Assembly: GCA_021851715.1 (NCBI GenBank)
Contig: JAJZCR010000001.1
Location: forward strand, 7,517-71,516
From: Planctomycetota bacterium
Lineage (GTDB): Bacteria; Planctomycetota; Phycisphaerae; WQYP01
Reading direction: 5' to 3'
DNA: 64,000 nt
Under the pieces are notes generated by a model. It ran no database searches. It saw only the letters and a list, made by a program, of their open reading frames with translations, and was not told the origin of the DNA. Below, piece by piece: positions 59,908 through 64,000 of the stretch. A program made the translations under genes and the position numbers. How positions within the stretch are numbered: the first letter of the stretch is position 1; each line of letters starts with the position of its first letter.

Positions 59908-61785
59908 TTAATGCTGTTGGAGAGGCCTGGTCGCCGGCAGCAGGGGCGAGGGCGAACCAGCGGGACGGGTTGTGGGGAGCGTCTTGGGTTCCAGCCATGG
60001 CGGAAGATGCAAGGGTACATGAGCCAGTGCCGGGTTAAGGCGGATGACTTTTTGGTACATGGCCTGGGCCTTCCGGTTGTGACCGGCCAGCAGGTAAAGG
60101 GCGGCCAGTTCCTGCGTGGCCCCCAGATTATGCCTGTCCAGCATCAGGACATGCTCATAGGCCTTTCTGGCCAGCAGGTACTGATGCAGGCGTTCGCTGC
60201 ACCAGGCGTATTCCGACCAGGCAAAGACCTGGTTGGGCGCACGGTCTAAAACGCGTTCCCAATACCACTTGGCCCGCCGATATTCACCTAAATCCTGATG
60301 CAATTGAGCCAGTCCCATGTGTACGTAGAGATTATCCGGCAGTACGCGATTGGCTTTTTTCATAAAGGGCATGGCTTCGTGGAGATATTTTCTATTGTTG
60401 AGCCGGTTGCCCAGGGTATTGAGCGCCCCGCCGTAACCTAAGTTTCCTTCGCCTGAATTGGGGTCATACGCCAGAACGTGGGCCCATAAATAGGCGCTGG
60501 ATTCGTAGTTCCGGCTTTGGGCATAACTGATGTCCGTGAGCAGAATAAGAATTACCGCACTGCAGATTCCGAAAACCAGTTTTGCCCTTGTGCCTGCCCA
60601 CTGCGAGAGCCGCCACAATCCCGCGGCAAAACCGGTGATCAGGGCGATGCAGGCCAGATATTGATAATGATCCGCCACAAAGGTGTAGATCATGGTGTAA
60701 TAGGAAATAAATCCCAAAATCGGCCCGATCAGCAGGGTGTAGATAATAAGCATGACCGAAAAGCCCCGGCCCAGGCGATGGCGCAGCAGCCACGCGGCGG
60801 CAAAAACGCCCACGACGGCGATCGGATACATCCAGTGCCACCCGCCCAGCGTGTGCAGATTCCATCGCCGGTACACTTCCAGCAGGGGGATAGGCCAGAG
60901 CAGCTTGCCGGGGTAAAACCACCAGGCCCGGCTGGCGATGAGCACCCGTTGCACCATGGACAAATCCCATGTGCGGCCCTCCGCGCCGGAAGCGGCGCGT
61001 TCCACATGAATGGTAATCCAGGCGAAAAGCGCCGCCGCGATAAACCATGGGACGACGGCGCGAATATCCTGCCATTGAATTTTTCCGCGTTTCCACCAGA
61101 GCAATGCCAGCAACACCACAGGCAAGGTCAATCCAGCAGTTTTGGCCGTCAGGGCCAGTACAAACAAGGCGGTGGCGCACCAGTACCATTTCCAGTGATA
61201 GTGCGCAGGTGGAATCTGGCAGCCCGAATGCGGGTCGGGCGATGCATCCAGCCCGGAAGCGCGCACATAGGCCAGGGTGGCCAGCAGGTATAAAAATCCG
61301 GAGAGCAGATTTTTCATTTCAGCCACCCAGCCGACGGTTTCCACCTGCACCGGATGAATGGTGAAAATGGCCGCCGCCAGCCACGCTCCGCGAATACGTA
61401 ATCGAGCCAGCAGCCACCAGAGCAAGAGTCCATTGATCGCTTGCAGCAGGATATTCACCAGGTGATACCAGATCGGATTGAAGTTCCAGAGGTGATATTC
61501 GACGTTAAATACGGTAAACACCAGCGGATAATACTGCGGATCCTGGGTGAGGTTGATCCAGGCCATCAGGAGTTTATCCCAATGCAACACCACTGGATTG
61601 TGCAGCAGCCACAGCCGGTCATCCCAGATGAATTTGGCCCAGCGCAGGGGGGCGTAGGCGATCAGGGTCAGCAGCAAAATGCCCACTGCTCCCACCGGCA
61701 CGGCCCAGCCGGAGGTGTTGCCGGCGGGCAGGTTGGTGTTTTTTGTACCAGGCTGGTTGGCGGAGTTTGACTTTTCTTCAAGCAT
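59908..61785 (-). CDS. PMT/GT-C-like polytopic membrane glycosyltransferase-type protein with C-terminal TPR repeats
   Basis: The N-terminal half of about 430 aa carries many transmembrane helices and an early FIWDD acidic motif. The C-terminal half has TPR-like repeats (…AWSEYAWCSERLHQYLLARKAYEHVLMLD…). Start MLEEKS at 61785. Confidence 0.6.
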   Translation of the reverse strand: MLEEKSNSANQPGTKNTNLPAGNTSGWAVPVGAVGILLLTLIAYAPLRWAKFIWDDRLWLLHNPVVLHWDKLLMAWINLTQDPQYYPLVFTVFNVEYHLWNFNPIWYHLVNILLQAINGLLLWWLLARLRIRGAWLAAAIFTIHPVQVETVGWVAEMKNLLSGFLYLLATLAYVRASGLDASPDPHSGCQIPPAHYHWKWYWCATALFVLALTAKTAGLTLPVVLLALLWWKRGKIQWQDIRAVVPWFIAAALFAWITIHVERAASGAEGRTWDLSMVQRVLIASRAWWFYPGKLLWPIPLLEVYRRWNLHTLGGWHWMYPIAVVGVFAAAWLLRHRLGRGFSVMLIIYTLLIGPILGFISYYTMIYTFVADHYQYLACIALITGFAAGLWRLSQWAGTRAKLVFGICSAVILILLTDISYAQSRNYESSAYLWAHVLAYDPNSGEGNLGYGGALNTLGNRLNNRKYLHEAMPFMKKANRVLPDNLYVHMGLAQLHQDLGEYRRAKWYWERVLDRAPNQVFAWSEYAWCSERLHQYLLARKAYEHVLMLDRHNLGATQELAALYLLAGHNRKAQAMYQKVIRLNPALAHVPLHLPPWLEPKTLPTTRPAGSPSPLLPATRPLQQH

Positions 61786-61832
61786 GACAAGTTCCGATGC
61801 AGGACGAGTGCCAGTGTAACATGAAAGACGCA

Positions 61833-64000
61833 TTATTCATGAGGCGGTCCGGTCCCGGCCGACGGCCGTATGGGCGGGTGGTGGACCATAATATCCGGAT
61901 CAATTTTTTTGGCCTGTTTAACGCACGCCCGGGCCTGGGCCGACAGGCCCTGCTTTTGCAAAGCCACGGACAAAAGCATCCAGCCCATGGCATTGTGGGA
62001 ATTGATTTTCAGCGATTGGCGAAGCTGGACCGCGGCCCGCCGGTAAACCTCGTTGCGGAGCAGAAACAAACCGTAAGCCTGGTATAACTCGGCACTGTGG
62101 GGACGGCGGGCCAGCAGGTGGTGATATTCCTGGTTGGCCTGATCGACCAGACCAAGATGGGCCAACAGGCGGGCGTAAGCAAAGCGCAGCGGAATATTTT
62201 CAGGATCCAGCTTCACGGCCCGTCGATACTCGCGGACGGCCAGCGCCGGTTTTCCCGTGTGCAGAAACATCGCCCCGAGAGCCTCGTGCGCCGATGTGTC
62301 GGCAGGGGATATCCGCACGGTCTTGCGAAGATACTTTATCGCCTGGGGCCACCGGCCCATGTACATGAGCACCTGTCCCATGGCCATATTGGCCTGGGGC
62401 ATATCGGGATGGGCTTTTACAGCCGCTCTGGCGTAGCTTAGCGCGAGCTTGGCGTGGTGATGCGCCAGAGCCAGGCTGGCCAGGCGGCTTAAGGCGCGGC
62501 CATTGTGCGGGTCGCGCTTGAGGATGTCGAAGAGTTCAGCCAGGCCCGCTCTGGTATCGCCAACTTCGAAGTCTGCTTTGGACAGCAGCAGTCGCGCGGA
62601 AAGGTCATTGGGTTCTATGGCAATGGCTTGCTGGGCCTCGTGCCGGGCGCTAAATACCCGGGCCGGGCGGCGGCGCATGGCAATTTGCGCCAGGTTATTG
62701 CGCGCGGGCCACGCCAGCGGATTGCTTTTCAAGGTGCTGTGCCACAGCATGGAGGGGCTTTGATAAAGCCGGGCATTCAGGTTGGAAACCGTCAGTAAAA
62801 TCAACACCACCACCAGCCCGAGGGCCTCCATGGTGATGCGTCCTCCGGTGTTGAGCCGATCATGCCATAGCCGCCACCCGGCACCAATCAATGCCATGAT
62901 TCCCAGGATGGCCAGGTAGGAAAGCGTATTGGCCGCAGTGGTGTAACGCATCCAGGGCATTTTAATCAGGCCGATCACCGGCAATACCGCCAGGAGGTAA
63001 AACCCCAACCCCAGCAGAATGGCGCGGCCCATCCGATTGTGTTTAGCGGCCAGCCAGAGCAAGGCGGCGAAGACCGCCGCGGCAGCCACCAGCGGCAGAT
63101 AAGCCCAAAAGCCGGCGGCGGCAATGGGCCACGGTCTGTAAATCAGGGTCAGGTTTACCGGCCAAAGCAACTTGAAAAGATAAAACCAAAACGCCCAACC
63201 ACTTATCGCCAATCGCCGGCCTAACGGCAGATGGACTTTGGCGGCAATAGGACCTGAAAACCAAAGCGTGGCCGCCACCACCACCACCACCACAAAAATC
63301 AGCACCGGCACCAGATCATTCAACATGCGCCGGTTCAGCCGTTCGCCCCGCCACCAACCCAGCAGCAGCAGCAGCAGCGGTGCTCCCGCAACCAGCATGG
63401 GGTGGCAAAGCAGGGCCGCCACGATGAACGCCAGGCTGACAATGCGCCGCCATGGGTGCTGGGGGGTATCCAGATAATCAACCCAAAACCACAGGCCTCC
63501 GAGCAAAAAGCCGGTGGCCAGTATGCTGCCGGTCTGGGAAATGTAGGCGGTGGTTTGCAGCGTCAGCGGATGCACGGCAAAAATTAAGGCGGCGGCGAAG
63601 GCTCCGGGCATGGCCAACCGGATCAGAAATCGCCAAAGTAAAATCACCAGGCCGCTGGTGAGCACCAGGCTCAGGACATGATAGTTCAGCGGCGATGGGC
63701 CAAAAAAGTGGTATTCCAGCCAGAAGAGGGTTTTGGTTAAAGGGGCAAAATGTGTTTGTGACGGCGAGTACCAGACGTTGCTCAGGCCCGCTTTACCGGT
63801 GACCAGCACATTGTTGAGAATGTTGTCCCAATCCTGCCAAATGAAGCGACCATTGAGCGCCGGCCAGGAGGCGATCCACACGGCGGCTACCAGCAAAGCT
63901 CCGTTGATGAAAGTGCGCAGCGGAATGGCCCAGACCTTCCATTGCCGGGGGGTGGGTAAGCTGCCACCAACTGTATTTGCCGGCGGTGTTGCGCCACTGT
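61833..64000 (-). CDS. Paralogous PMT/GT-C-like membrane protein with TPR repeats, 5' end beyond the window
   Basis: Same architecture (…RFIWQDWD… then transmembrane helices, then TPR). The reading frame stays open upstream of the listed TTG 63896 to the window edge. Confidence 0.6.
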   Translation of the reverse strand, partial: SGATPPANTVGGSLPTPRQWKVWAIPLRTFINGALLVAAVWIASWPALNGRFIWQDWDNILNNVLVTGKAGLSNVWYSPSQTHFAPLTKTLFWLEYHFFGPSPLNYHVLSLVLTSGLVILLWRFLIRLAMPGAFAAALIFAVHPLTLQTTAYISQTGSILATGFLLGGLWFWVDYLDTPQHPWRRIVSLAFIVAALLCHPMLVAGAPLLLLLLGWWRGERLNRRMLNDLVPVLIFVVVVVVAATLWFSGPIAAKVHLPLGRRLAISGWAFWFYLFKLLWPVNLTLIYRPWPIAAAGFWAYLPLVAAAAVFAALLWLAAKHNRMGRAILLGLGFYLLAVLPVIGLIKMPWMRYTTAANTLSYLAILGIMALIGAGWRLWHDRLNTGGRITMEALGLVVVLILLTVSNLNARLYQSPSMLWHSTLKSNPLAWPARNNLAQIAMRRRPARVFSARHEAQQAIAIEPNDLSARLLLSKADFEVGDTRAGLAELFDILKRDPHNGRALSRLASLALAHHHAKLALSYARAAVKAHPDMPQANMAMGQVLMYMGRWPQAIKYLRKTVRISPADTSAHEALGAMFLHTGKPALAVREYRRAVKLDPENIPLRFAYARLLAHLGLVDQANQEYHHLLARRPHSAELYQAYGLFLLRNEVYRRAAVQLRQSLKINSHNAMGWMLLSVALQKQGLSAQARACVKQAKKIDPDIMVHHPPIRPSAGTGPPHE

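Overview
This window is high-GC (roughly 60%) bacterial chromosome. Its gene content points to a Verrucomicrobiota-like Gram-negative: PEP-CTERM cargo proteins, a DUF1559 prepilin-like protein, sulfatase and glycoside-hydrolase-like enzymes, GntR-HTH/LacI-PBP hybrid regulators, and TPR-fused PMT/GT-C membrane proteins. I recognised no rRNA, tRNA or CRISPR array. Working left to right, the window holds the following.

- (a) A minus-strand, translationally coupled catabolic operon: DUF1559 prepilin-like, a 1209-aa Tat-secreted protein, sulfatase, TIM-barrel GH-like, M24 peptidase, and a creatininase-family protein.
- (b) Two tandem paralogous glycine/threonine-rich PEP-CTERM surface proteins. 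The first carries a frameshifted sorting tail.
- (c) A regulator, a PEP-CTERM subtilase, and a 1.4 kb AT-richer intergenic region.
- (d) RNase Y, a membrane thioredoxin, Tpx, a conserved hypothetical, and a MATE efflux pump.
- (e) A frameshifted LamG/PEP-CTERM gene remnant with a bidirectional terminator.
- (f) A second hybrid regulator and a 1069-aa secreted clan GH-A-like hydrolase.
- (g) An SGNH hydrolase, followed on the minus strand by a sulfotransferase, a two-domain glycosyltransferase, a small membrane protein and XerC/D. This reads as a candidate sulfated-glycan locus.
- (h) nuoJKLMN.
- (i) An aminotransferase, a fasciclin lipoprotein and a sensor kinase.
- (j) A decayed UPF0175/DUF3368 toxin-antitoxin pair.
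- (k) A membrane protein, panC, and a ferritin-like/VIT iron transporter.
- (l) An arsRC-(arsD fragment)-acr3-arsM arsenic operon with a clear promoter and operator.
- (m) An AAA_21-type ABC ATPase coupled to a DUF4276 (TOPRIM-like) protein. This is an OLD/PARIS/AbiL-like two-gene candidate antiphage module.
- (n) A small ORF plus a TatD-like hydrolase.
- (o) Tandem TPR/PMT-like membrane glycosyltransferase paralogs.

The most interesting items are the ATPase/DUF4276 module next to the ars operon, the 31-aa arsD-head micro-ORF, the decayed toxin-antitoxin pair, the glycosyltransferase/sulfotransferase pair, and several inverted-repeat and homopolymer elements.
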